This document shows, piece after piece, positions 47,868-57,236 of a stretch of DNA of 64,000 nt (position 1 is its first letter; each line of letters begins with the position of its first letter). The stretch covers positions 7,070-71,069 of the forward strand of contig CAZDVZ010000001.1 in the NCBI GenBank assembly GCA_964509125.1, in the 5' to 3' direction. A model generated the notes under the pieces. That model ran no database searches. It saw nothing but the letters and a program-made list of their open reading frames with translations, and was not told where the DNA came from. The translations under genes and the position numbers were made by a program. The stretch is from an uncultured Oscillospiraceae bacterium (GTDB lineage: Bacteria > Bacillota > Clostridia > Oscillospirales > CAG-382).

Positions 47868-49037
47868 TCAATATGTACCGCTTGTATCGCTCACCGATGA
47901 ATCATTTGCTTCTTTGTGGCGTGAAATTTTTCGATAAGCGTTCAACTCTTCTAAGTATCTATCTTCATCTACGGGAAGAGAAATCTTCTCTCCGCCGTTC
48001 CAGCCGGAAAGCTCAATTGCGTTCATAAGCTCCACACCCATGAGACCTTCTTTTCCTTCTACAAATAACTGCTCTTTTCCCAAAATGGTATTTGTAAAAT
48101 TGTTGATTATTCCAACGTGCTGAAGATTGAGCCCGTCCGTTTCCACTTGTACGGTTTCTACAGGTGGACGATCAAAGCCTCCCTTGCAAGTTGCAGACCA
48201 TTTTAAACTGTCTTCTGAGTTTTTGTACCAAATGAGCTTACCATCTTCGCAGAGAAGTTTTCCCTTGGTTCCGGATACTTCGAATCGGTTTGTACCCGGA
48301 GTTTCTCCGGTTGTAGTTACAAAAACACCTGTTGCACCATTTTTGTAACGGAAAACCGCTGTCACTTCATCTTCAACTTCAATATCGTGCCATTTGCCAT
48401 ATTGGCAAAAACCTTGAACTTCAACGGGCATTTCGCCTACTACCCATTGAATAAGGTCTATTTGATGTGGGCATTGATTAATAAGTACACCGCCACCCTC
48501 TCCCGACCACGTGGCACGCCAGCTTCCGCTTGCATAATACGCCTCCGTTCTAAACCAATCGGTTATTATCCAATTCACCCTTTGAAGCTGGCCTATCCCA
48601 CCTTCTTTAATTATCTCTCTCATTTTACGGTAAAGACAATTTGTCCTTTGATTAAACATCATTGTGAAAAGCGCGCCCGTTTTTTTAGATGCTTCGTTCA
48701 TCTCTTTAACTTGCTTTGTAAAAACGCCCGCGGGTTTTTCACAAATAACATGAATGTTACGCTTGAAACACTCTATCGCCATTTCCGGATGGAGATAATG
48801 AGGAACTTCAATGAGAACAGCGTCACAAAGTCCGCTATCTAACATTTCTATATAATCGGTGAAATATTTTGCATCTTTATTTTTAGTCTTGCTTTTAACA
48901 TTTTCTATTTTTTGAGGATTTATGTCACACATTGCGGAAACAACTGCATTTTCCGCCTTCCCTTCATCAAAAATATTAAGGGCATAAGTGGAGCCTTGGT
49001 TGCCCAAACCTATAATTCCATATCTTACAGTTTCCAT
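47868..49037 (-). CDS. Gfo/Idh/MocA-family NAD(P)-dependent oxidoreductase (longer paralogue type)
   Basis: Motifs RYGIIGLGNQG, ICEKPAG and GGGVLINQCPHQIDL. Confidence 0.85.
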   Translation of the reverse strand: METVRYGIIGLGNQGSTYALNIFDEGKAENAVVSAMCDINPQKIENVKSKTKNKDAKYFTDYIEMLDSGLCDAVLIEVPHYLHPEMAIECFKRNIHVICEKPAGVFTKQVKEMNEASKKTGALFTMMFNQRTNCLYRKMREIIKEGGIGQLQRVNWIITDWFRTEAYYASGSWRATWSGEGGGVLINQCPHQIDLIQWVVGEMPVEVQGFCQYGKWHDIEVEDEVTAVFRYKNGATGVFVTTTGETPGTNRFEVSGTKGKLLCEDGKLIWYKNSEDSLKWSATCKGGFDRPPVETVQVETDGLNLQHVGIINNFTNTILGKEQLFVEGKEGLMGVELMNAIELSGWNGGEKISLPVDEDRYLEELNAYRKISRHKEANDSSVSDTSGTY

Positions 49038-49052
49038 TTTTACCTCACAAAA

Positions 49053-49817
49053 TTAAAAATTTCTGTTTATATACTCTATGCTTCTTTTCACTTGACCAAG
49101 AGTATCCGCCATATCTGCGGCGTTATCCTGCTCTACGAGAAAATATTCCGTCCCCGATGATTTTGCATGAGATATGAATTTTTCAAAATCAAGCGTTCCG
49201 TCACCCACAGGACACATTCTCGGCTCAAAGCCGCCTTCCGGCGTTTTTGTAATTTTGTAATCCTTCAAATGAACACATTCGATTCGCCCTTTAAGCCTGT
49301 CTGCAATTTCGCACATATCAACTCCGCCGTATTGGAGCCAATACGTGTCAAGAGTAAAATGCAAATGAGGAGCGTTATTTATCAAATAATCAAACACCGT
49401 TTCCTTGCCGTGACGATAAAATTCAAAATGATGATTATGATAAAACAGCTTGCATCCGTTTTCTTCCATCCTCATTGCGGCATCCTCCAACAAGGACACG
49501 GTTTCTGCCAATTTTTCTTTGGTTTCCATAGCCTCAAACGGCATCATTCCAAGGCCAATGTATTTGCATCCGAAAAGCGAATGTTCTTCCATTAAAGTTT
49601 TTGTATCATTTATGATTCTATCTATTGGCACGTGCGTTAAAACGGTATCAAGTCCCGTTTTCTCCGAAACCCTTTTTATCATTTCGGGAACAAACTTTCC
49701 TCCGGAATATTGCATGAAAGAATATCCCATTTCTTTAAGGGCGAATGCCGCCTGTTCAAAATCTTCCTCTGTTTTTAAATGGTTGCGAATTGAAAATAAA
49801 TTAAGTCCTACCTTCAT
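49053..49817 (-). CDS. xylose-isomerase-like TIM-barrel protein (sugar phosphate isomerase/epimerase family)
   Basis: Size and pattern fit the AP-endonuclease-2/xylose isomerase-like barrel (MKVGLNLFS..., ...HNHHFEF..., VHLKD..., EQD). Confidence 0.75.
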   Translation of the reverse strand: MKVGLNLFSIRNHLKTEEDFEQAAFALKEMGYSFMQYSGGKFVPEMIKRVSEKTGLDTVLTHVPIDRIINDTKTLMEEHSLFGCKYIGLGMMPFEAMETKEKLAETVSLLEDAAMRMEENGCKLFYHNHHFEFYRHGKETVFDYLINNAPHLHFTLDTYWLQYGGVDMCEIADRLKGRIECVHLKDYKITKTPEGGFEPRMCPVGDGTLDFEKFISHAKSSGTEYFLVEQDNAADMADTLGQVKRSIEYINRNF

Positions 49818-49826
49818 TTTGTCTCC

Positions 49827-50732
49827 TTACTCCACTTCAAAGCCGCCTTTTACTTCTCTGCAACCGCATTTTATCAAAAGTCTTTTAAGATATAATACCG
49901 CCGCATCAAACGCTTCTTCTCCACTTACAAAATTAAATCGATGCTTCATTTCTTCGCCGTCTATTTCGTTATATCCTTCAAATATTTTAAGATGAGGTTC
50001 TAATGTCAAAACGGTATTAACATTTTTACTGACTATAATCTGCAAAATGCGCTCAATATTTCCATCTCCAACTCCCGCCGGAACCAACTCACCCGTTTGA
50101 TGCACTACATCTTTAACGTGAAAATATAGACTTTTGTCCAACAATGCGGGAATTGTTTTGTGGGGCATTTCCCCAACCTGCAAAAAGTTTGCCGGATCGT
50201 AAACAAACTTCAGCCCCGAAACGGAATTTAAAAGGTCCAGAATCCTCTCTGTTGTGTCACCGTAAATTCCTTTTTCGTTTTCATGGCACAAGGTTATTCC
50301 ATAACTTTTTGCCACGTTCACCATTTTCACAAGACGCTCTATAACAGCTTCCCTATCTCCGTATGCGCCGTAAAAGCTAAACATCCTAATGCGCTCGGTT
50401 TCCAAAACATTGGCAAGACGGCACAAATGGTGCACTTCTCTCATATATTCATCAAAATCCACGGATATGTCAACTTTTCCCATGGGAGATCCCAAAGCAG
50501 AAAGGGATATGCCGTTTTCTTTAAGCGCTTTATGTACTTGTTTTCCTTCTTCTAAAGTAAAATTTTTTACATTTTTCCCGTCAACCGACCTTAGCTCTGT
50601 AAGATATATATTATTTTTTAAAAGAGAATTTATCTGTGTGGGCAAAGACTTACCTGCCTCATCCGAAAATGCACTAAGTTTTATCATATATAAATCGACG
50701 ACAATTTTGCCCGTTCCTTTCTTGTTTTTCAC
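49827..50732 (-). CDS. xylose-isomerase-like TIM-barrel protein (second, distinct)
   Basis: Motifs IKLSAFSDE..., LCHENEKGIYG and FHVKD. The GTG at 50732 overlaps the upstream stop (GTGA). An alternative ATG lies at 50687. Confidence 0.7.
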   Translation of the reverse strand: MKNKKGTGKIVVDLYMIKLSAFSDEAGKSLPTQINSLLKNNIYLTELRSVDGKNVKNFTLEEGKQVHKALKENGISLSALGSPMGKVDISVDFDEYMREVHHLCRLANVLETERIRMFSFYGAYGDREAVIERLVKMVNVAKSYGITLCHENEKGIYGDTTERILDLLNSVSGLKFVYDPANFLQVGEMPHKTIPALLDKSLYFHVKDVVHQTGELVPAGVGDGNIERILQIIVSKNVNTVLTLEPHLKIFEGYNEIDGEEMKHRFNFVSGEEAFDAAVLYLKRLLIKCGCREVKGGFEVE

Positions 50733-51262
50733 ACATAATGAGATATTTCCCCAAAAACGCTCACTTTCATTACAGACGGATCAATTTGAATTACGGTTTT
50801 TTGCTTTTTCTTGGCATATTCAACGGTGTAAGCGGTTCCTCCCTTTTGACCGTCAAAACAACAAACAACAACATCTGCATTATCTACCATATAACGATTC
50901 CGCTTCAAAAAACAATTCTTAGTATACGCGGGAGAAACCATAACGATTTTATCGGAATGTAGCAAAACACTTTCCCTTCTCTGCCTTTCACTAACATTCC
51001 ATTGTTTATCCTGGGCGGGAAAAGGAACGGCACAAATCAATTTTAATGTGGAGATTTCGCTTTTTAGCTCTATTATTTCCTCTGCCGTCCAAAGATCAAA
51101 GCCTCTTGCAACGCCGGAAATAAAGCTATCGTATCCTAACTCGATAAGCCGTTTTATCACCTGAGTTTGCAAACTTCTGAATCTTATATATTTTTCATTA
51201 AGGCTGTCTTCCGGAAATCCAAGTTTTTCGGGGCGATAACCTGTAAATGCCACAGTTTTCAT
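50729..51262 (-). CDS. DUF1273 / SLOG-superfamily protein (YpsA-like)
   Basis: MKTVAFTGYRPEKLGF...ISGVARGFDLWTAEEI...VPFPAQDKQW... parallels B. subtilis YpsA (ITGYKPFELGIF...ISGQLGVELWAAE) from memory. Confidence 0.75.
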   Translation of the reverse strand: MKTVAFTGYRPEKLGFPEDSLNEKYIRFRSLQTQVIKRLIELGYDSFISGVARGFDLWTAEEIIELKSEISTLKLICAVPFPAQDKQWNVSERQRRESVLLHSDKIVMVSPAYTKNCFLKRNRYMVDNADVVVCCFDGQKGGTAYTVEYAKKKQKTVIQIDPSVMKVSVFGEISHYV

Positions 51263-51294
51263 TTTTCCCTCTTGTTTACATATTACTTTTTTTA

Positions 51295-51322
51295 ATTATA
51301 CCATATTTTTTTTATTTTTCAA
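51295..51322 (-). promoter_or_regulatory. strong sigma-A-type promoter heading the DUF1273-to-kdgK operon
   Basis: On the minus strand: TTGAAA, 16 nt spacer, TATAAT with an extended TG (TGGTATAAT). About 30 nt upstream of the 51262 start. Confidence 0.65.
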
Positions 51323-51332
51323 TATTTTCGCT

Positions 51333-51373
51333 AAAAAATATAAGGGGCCGCAAAAAACTTTTTCACGGCTCCT
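51333..51373 (-). terminator. terminator after the LtaS-like gene
   Basis: 8-bp stem AGGAGCCG / CGGCCCCT (one G-U), followed on the minus strand by TATATTTTTTAG. Confidence 0.5.
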
Positions 51374-51391
51374 TATATTCAATGTATTAGG

Positions 51392-53455
51392 TTATTGATC
51401 ATATTTTTCAGACACGCGGTAATACTGTACAATATTATATTCGTTGAGAATTTTCGTATACGGACTTTTTTCTCCCGTTCGATACCATTTCCCGTCCTTG
51501 CCCTTGTATCCAAATGAGCTTATAATAGGGATCTCTGCCTTTACAGCGTCCAAATACAAATGAAAATCGGTTTTGGGCGCGCCGCACACTTCTAAAAGCT
51601 CGTTTGAAAGATAATTAAGGCTCATATCCTCGTTTTTTTCTTCTATATCATAATTCGCCCAAATAAAATACGGAGTTGAATGAATGTCAGCATTTCGTTC
51701 CGTACTAAGACTACCCAATTCTGATCCTAAAAGAGTTTCCGAAAAAGACGGGATGTGTGGATAATGGTCGCCGTAAAATACTACAACCACATCGTCATCC
51801 ACAGAAGAGAAGTAAGAAATCAATTTTTCCAATGCCTTATCCGTCTCGTAAATCGAAGATAAATACGATTGTGCCTCATTGTTATCTATACCGTCTATGG
51901 TAATTTGATAATCAGTTATTCTATACGGAGAATGGTTTTGCATAGTTGTAGCAAAAAGGAACATCGGGTCATCGCCATCTCTGTTTTCGTACAGTGAAAT
52001 TATCTCATTAAAAACAGTTTTATCGGAAATTTTGGCGTTGATATATTCAGGAATTTTTCCACCGCTTTTAAAGTAGGATGAATAATATTTTTTATCAAAC
52101 CCCATATATTCGTAAGCCTCTCCCAAGTCCCATACTCCGGGGGAACATCCTGCCAACGCTACAGTGCTGTAACCCCTATTTTTAAAATAGTTCACAAGAG
52201 AATCTTGGGGCGTTTTCACATACTGTGTGTATGCTGCCGATCCCATGGGATAGAAATGCATTGTGTTTCCTGTGAGAAATTCGAATTCCGAGTTACAAGA
52301 ATAGCCTCCGTAAGCAGAAACCGTAACATACCCTTTAATCGTATTTTCTTTAAGACTATTGTAAAATGGCATATAATCCTTGTTTGTTTTCAAATTACCC
52401 AACTTTGAAAAATCGGCAAACGACTCATCCATAATGGCAATTACAGTAGGCTTTTTGGTACCTGTTTCTTCCTCCGCTTTATAGTTTGACAAAATTTCGA
52501 GAGCTTTTTCCTCCGAATAACCATCCGGCTCGGTGGTTGTGGAATTTATAACATCCATGCAAAAGAAAAGGACATTACCCACTTCCATATATGTGCTCTT
52601 ATCTTCATAACCGGAATAGTTAAGCTTTATTATTCTTTTTTCCACCCCATAATCAAAAAGCCTGGCGTTGAAAGCGGTAAACAAAACGGAAAGGCACAAG
52701 AAACCTACGCCAAATCCAATTCTGATTTTTCCTTTAGGAGTTTCGATTTTTGTAAAGATCAGAATAAGAACGCATAACGTAAAATACAAGATCGCAAAGG
52801 CGAGAACTTGAGGCCCAACACCCGAAAAGACAGAATACTCCGATGATATCTCCACAGCAGACTGCAAGTTATTTATGTCGGACGCTCTGATGGGTGCGCC
52901 CCTGAAAGCATAAACAAAATATTGAAGAATTCCGTAAAATACGCAAACAAAAGTTATAAATCCATAATAGATTTTATGCGACAATGCCCTTTTAAACAAA
53001 AATGATCCGGGAAGATAAAGCAAATACACAAACAAAGGCGCAACTATCATGAAAGCGATATTTTCTTTTAAAGGATTCGCTGCCATGGTAGATTCTGTAA
53101 AAACGTAAGAGCTTACAGCAAACAGTATTCCAAGTCCCCATCCTGTACACCTCGGCTTACGTTTTTTCACTATTCCTATTACCGGAAGCGCAATGCTTAT
53201 TACACAAATTAAAACAACTTTGGCTATCATCCAATTTATGCTTTTGGGATCATTTAAAATTTTCTCTTTATTTTCAAAAAGCGATTTATTTATATCATTA
53301 GCGCCAATCATAAGTGCGACGAACGGCAAGTAATACAATATAACAGTATCTGCTTTTTCCCAAAGCCACAAAATCGCAACTTTTATTTTCTTCGTTAAGC
53401 GGGAAGATAAAAGCTTATTCGACACGTTATTTATAAATTCCTTTATTTTTGTCAT
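51392..53455 (-). CDS. LTA-synthase/sulfatase-family membrane protein (multi-TM N-terminus, extracellular alkaline-phosphatase-fold domain)
   Basis: About 300 aa of TM helices, then a sulfatase-type region (IAIMDESF..., FATTMQNHSPY, FYGDHYPH). Confidence 0.75.
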   Translation of the reverse strand: MTKIKEFINNVSNKLLSSRLTKKIKVAILWLWEKADTVILYYLPFVALMIGANDINKSLFENKEKILNDPKSINWMIAKVVLICVISIALPVIGIVKKRKPRCTGWGLGILFAVSSYVFTESTMAANPLKENIAFMIVAPLFVYLLYLPGSFLFKRALSHKIYYGFITFVCVFYGILQYFVYAFRGAPIRASDINNLQSAVEISSEYSVFSGVGPQVLAFAILYFTLCVLILIFTKIETPKGKIRIGFGVGFLCLSVLFTAFNARLFDYGVEKRIIKLNYSGYEDKSTYMEVGNVLFFCMDVINSTTTEPDGYSEEKALEILSNYKAEEETGTKKPTVIAIMDESFADFSKLGNLKTNKDYMPFYNSLKENTIKGYVTVSAYGGYSCNSEFEFLTGNTMHFYPMGSAAYTQYVKTPQDSLVNYFKNRGYSTVALAGCSPGVWDLGEAYEYMGFDKKYYSSYFKSGGKIPEYINAKISDKTVFNEIISLYENRDGDDPMFLFATTMQNHSPYRITDYQITIDGIDNNEAQSYLSSIYETDKALEKLISYFSSVDDDVVVVFYGDHYPHIPSFSETLLGSELGSLSTERNADIHSTPYFIWANYDIEEKNEDMSLNYLSNELLEVCGAPKTDFHLYLDAVKAEIPIISSFGYKGKDGKWYRTGEKSPYTKILNEYNIVQYYRVSEKYDQ

Positions 53456-54969
53456 TGCATAACCCTTCCGTTAATTATGTGTATAAGATAATCCTTACAG
53501 TTTTCAAGCTCTTCCACCGTTTCATATGCCGGTTTTCCTGTTAGCGGGTCAAACAAATATTTATAACAAAACATAGCATAGCCCGAATAATTTTCTTGTG
53601 TCAAAGAATATTCAAAGCATCGTTTCAAAACATCTTTGTTTTCAATCCATTCCCGCTGACCCGTACCTGCGTTTTTATCTATTGTTCCGTTATAGCCCAT
53701 AATGGCTTTTCCGAGAGACATACCCGCCATAAATCTTATATTTGGGTTTGTTGTTATCTCTGACCACCGCTCATAAGTTGCCGAAAAACTCCAATTTTGG
53801 TGTTCCATTCCAAAATAGATCTGTGGCATAATATAATCCACATAGCCGTCTTCAGAAAGCCACGTTTTCACATCAGCATAATAACTCGTCTCCATGGAAT
53901 TAAGGTTTCCCGCAGGTGATATGCCAAAAATAACATTATCGTTTTCTGCTTTGATTGCAGAATATATGCCCGACACCAACGAGTTGAGATTTTGATATCT
54001 AAAGTCCCTAAGGGTTAAAGCGGGCTGCTTACGCCTGGCATAAGCATATTCTTTGTTGTCAAACTCTCTTACTTCCCCAAAATAAAAATAATCGTCCATA
54101 TGAATGCCGTCCACATCATAATTTCTCACGATTTCGGCGGCACCTTCTATAATTAAGTCTCTCACTTCTTCGTAAGCAATGTTCAGGTAATATAAATCGT
54201 TATAATCAAACAAGTATCTTTCCCATTCATCGCCCTTTTCGGCTTTTGCCCACGCGCTTGTAAAGTATATATCGCTGATTTTAGACATATCCTCCGGCGT
54301 CATCCCCCTCATGGGATTTATCCATGCCTGAAAGCTGAGCCCTTTTTTATGAGCGAGATCTATCATAATCTCAATGGGATCATATTTGCCAAAATCCCCA
54401 TAGCTTCCCGTTACATAATGAGACCACGGGTAATATGCCGAAGGATAAAAACTATCTGCTCCGGGGCGCACCTGAACTATCACTGTATTAAATCCGAGAG
54501 ATTTTAAATTTTCATACGCTTTAGACACATAAATTCTAAATTCCGATACGCTTCTTTGTGACGATCCTTCGCAATAGACCGACGTAAAATCATATTGCGA
54601 TATCCATACAGCTTTCATAACATCATAATTAAGCGGTAAATAATCACTATTTGCACCAACGTCCTTAAATCCGCGACGCCAAAGTACGTCATCATATGCC
54701 GAAACCGTTAAAAAACGCTCATATCCTTCCTGATCTTCATACTCATTCATTGTATCCAAGTCGGTACTTCCGTTTTGAAATTCATCTTCGGCGGAAATTG
54801 ACAAATCTCCCGTTGACGGATCTTCATCGTTTCTTTCGGAAAGATTTTTCCCATCTTCCAATTTTTCAAAATTTTCATCTCCGTCAGACGTCCCATCAAA
54901 AGATGAGCAAGAAAATAAATTAAGCAAAAAAAATATCATCAGCGCGGTAGATATTATACGTCTTGACAT
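53452..54969 (-). CDS. glycosyl-hydrolase-like family 10 (GHL10/DUF187, YngK-like) lipoprotein
   Basis: Lipobox LNLFSCSS. Motifs FNTVIVQVRPGADSFYPSAYYPWSHY and VDGIHMDDYFY. 4-nt overlap with the downstream LtaS-like gene. Confidence 0.75.
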   Translation of the reverse strand: MSRRIISTALMIFFLLNLFSCSSFDGTSDGDENFEKLEDGKNLSERNDEDPSTGDLSISAEDEFQNGSTDLDTMNEYEDQEGYERFLTVSAYDDVLWRRGFKDVGANSDYLPLNYDVMKAVWISQYDFTSVYCEGSSQRSVSEFRIYVSKAYENLKSLGFNTVIVQVRPGADSFYPSAYYPWSHYVTGSYGDFGKYDPIEIMIDLAHKKGLSFQAWINPMRGMTPEDMSKISDIYFTSAWAKAEKGDEWERYLFDYNDLYYLNIAYEEVRDLIIEGAAEIVRNYDVDGIHMDDYFYFGEVREFDNKEYAYARRKQPALTLRDFRYQNLNSLVSGIYSAIKAENDNVIFGISPAGNLNSMETSYYADVKTWLSEDGYVDYIMPQIYFGMEHQNWSFSATYERWSEITTNPNIRFMAGMSLGKAIMGYNGTIDKNAGTGQREWIENKDVLKRCFEYSLTQENYSGYAMFCYKYLFDPLTGKPAYETVEELENCKDYLIHIINGRVMQ

Positions 54970-54984
54970 ATTTCCCCCAACTAA

Positions 54985-55020
54985 ACATACACCTCCCTCG
55001 GTATCGGGGAAGGTGTATGT
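54985..55020 (-). terminator. terminator between the two GHL10 paralogues
   Basis: ACATACACCTTCCC / GGGAGGTGTATGT stem (one bulge), followed on the minus strand by TTTAGTT. Confidence 0.55.
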
Positions 55021-55034
55021 ACCGAAAAATAATA

Positions 55035-56537
55035 TTAATACTTAATTACTTCACCTTTAATGAGAGTGGTGAAATATGCTTTACAGTTTGCAACCTCTTC
55101 TGCAGTTGCCGCGTTGGGTTCACCTGTAAGAGGATCAAACATATAGCTGTATGCGAAAACAGCAAAACCACCATAATTTGATTGTTTTACAGAATATTCA
55201 AAGCATTTTTTGAATACGTCTTTATTTTTTGTCCATTCATCAGCGCCTGTACCGGCATACGGGTCATTTCCGGAGACTGCTTTGCCTAAAGACATACCCG
55301 CCATGAATTTTATGTTGGGGTTTGTTGTAACTTTAGACCATTCTTGGTATGTATATGGGAAGCTCCATGTCTGATGTTCCATACCAAAATAGATCTGAGG
55401 CATGATATAGTCAACATATCCATCCTGAGAAAGCCATGTTTCTACATCTGCATAATATTTATTATACATTTGTGTAATGTTACCTGCGGGAGAAATGCCG
55501 AAAATAACATTTTTGTTTTCTTCTTTTATCGCGGAGTAAATTCCCGATACTAAATTATTAAGGTTATCGTATCTGAATTTTTGAAGTGTAAGAGTTGCAT
55601 TTTTCCTCTTTGCTGCATTAAACTCCGTAATATCAAAATCAGGTTCTTCGCCCCAGTAGAAATAGTCATCCATATGCACGCCGTCAACATCGTAATTACG
55701 TACGATCTCGGCAGCAGCGTTAATGATATGTTCGCGTACATCTTCATGAGCAACATTCAAATAATTAAGTCCGTTATACTCATAAAGATAAGTTTTATAC
55801 TTCATCTTGGATTTCCAAGATTTAATCGTATAAGCATCATCAATCTTATTGATGTTTGCCGTAGACATTCCTCTCATGGGGTTGATCCAAGCTTGGAAGC
55901 TAAGATTTTTCTCATGAGCAAGCTCTATCATGATCTCCAAGGGATCATATTTCGCAGAGTTTCCATAACTACCTACAACGTAATGAGACCAGGGATAATA
56001 TGCAGAAGGATAAAAGCTATCCGCATTGGGACGAACCTGAACGATTACAGTGTTAAATCCCAAAGAAACAAGGTTATCATATGCTTTTTCAACATATTTT
56101 TTAAATTGAGCCTTCATACGCTGCGCGTTGTTTGAGCAATAAACAGAATTAAAGTCAAACTGGGAGATCCAAACAGCCTTCATTTTATCATAGTTAAGAG
56201 GAACATAATCGCTGTTTGCGCCTTTGTCTTTAAAGCCTCTTTCCTCAAGAACTTTGTCCGTCTTAGAAGCTTCAAGGAAGAGCTCATAGCCCTCTTGGTC
56301 CACATATTCACCACCGGATGTATCGTCGGTAGAAACGTCATCCTCAGAAACGGCATCAGAAACATCATCCGTAGAGGACGTGTTATCAGTATCCGCTTCG
56401 GAATTTTCACTCGATGATGCGGACGAATCGGTTGCGCTTTCATTTGCTCCGGAGCTTCTATCGGTATCACCGCCGCAAGCACACATTCCGCATACCATGA
56501 TGCCACAAAGCAACATAGATATAATCTTTTTAATCAT
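55035..56537 (-). CDS. GHL10/DUF187 lipoprotein, tandem paralogue with acidic Ser/Asp linker
   Basis: Lipobox GMCACGG. It has the same core motifs as 53452-54969 (FNTVIVQVRPNADSFYPSAYYPWSHY, VDGVHMDDYFY). Long collinear identity is visible by eye. Confidence 0.75.
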   Translation of the reverse strand: MIKKIISMLLCGIMVCGMCACGGDTDRSSGANESATDSSASSSENSEADTDNTSSTDDVSDAVSEDDVSTDDTSGGEYVDQEGYELFLEASKTDKVLEERGFKDKGANSDYVPLNYDKMKAVWISQFDFNSVYCSNNAQRMKAQFKKYVEKAYDNLVSLGFNTVIVQVRPNADSFYPSAYYPWSHYVVGSYGNSAKYDPLEIMIELAHEKNLSFQAWINPMRGMSTANINKIDDAYTIKSWKSKMKYKTYLYEYNGLNYLNVAHEDVREHIINAAAEIVRNYDVDGVHMDDYFYWGEEPDFDITEFNAAKRKNATLTLQKFRYDNLNNLVSGIYSAIKEENKNVIFGISPAGNITQMYNKYYADVETWLSQDGYVDYIMPQIYFGMEHQTWSFPYTYQEWSKVTTNPNIKFMAGMSLGKAVSGNDPYAGTGADEWTKNKDVFKKCFEYSVKQSNYGGFAVFAYSYMFDPLTGEPNAATAEEVANCKAYFTTLIKGEVIKY

Positions 56538-56571
56538 TTTTCCCTCCTGAAAATATGTATATTACTAATCT

Positions 56572-57084
56572 TTAATTCTTATTATTTTTGTCCTCTTTGA
56601 GAATTGCAAGTATTTCTTGCAAAGCTGCAGCGGAAGTTTCCTCCGGCGAAGGTTGTGCCGATGCAACAGCAACGGCTTCTCCTGTTTCTCCTGTTTCTTC
56701 TTTTTCTTGTTTTTTTCTTGCTTCTTCTGCTTTGGATTTAATGCCCATAACTACCTTCAAAGCGCAGAAAAGACAAAATGCCACTATTATAAAGTCGATA
56801 ATACTTTTGAGGAACAATCCGTATTGAACGGCAACCTCAGGAACCGCGTAAGTTATGCCATCCTCTGCCAATTTACCCTCTTTAATTATCCACTTCGCAT
56901 CTGCGAGAGAAGACGTGTTAATAGCAAGTCCAATGAGAGGATTGATGATATTATCAACCAACGATGTTACAATGGCTTTAAAAGCGGCACCGATTACAAC
57001 GCCGATCGCCATATCAAGAACATTGCCTTGAGCTATAAACTCTTTAAATTCGGCAAAAAAGCCTTTCTTTTTTTTATTAGCCAT
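56572..57084 (-). CDS. mscL: large-conductance mechanosensitive channel
   Basis: FKEFIAQGNVLDMAIGVVIGAAF and a second TM. Start at MANKKKKGFF (57084). Confidence 0.9.
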   Translation of the reverse strand: MANKKKKGFFAEFKEFIAQGNVLDMAIGVVIGAAFKAIVTSLVDNIINPLIGLAINTSSLADAKWIIKEGKLAEDGITYAVPEVAVQYGLFLKSIIDFIIVAFCLFCALKVVMGIKSKAEEARKKQEKEETGETGEAVAVASAQPSPEETSAAALQEILAILKEDKNNKN

Positions 57085-57236
57085 AATAAGCAGGAACAAA
57101 CCCTACCCCCTTTCTATACTCTATCAAGTCTACCAAATATTTTCCCATTTGTCAACAATAATTTATTATAAATATATTAAACTTTATTCCAAAAACATTT
57201 TCACCTATAAAACGCCTTTCGCATAATATGATGATA

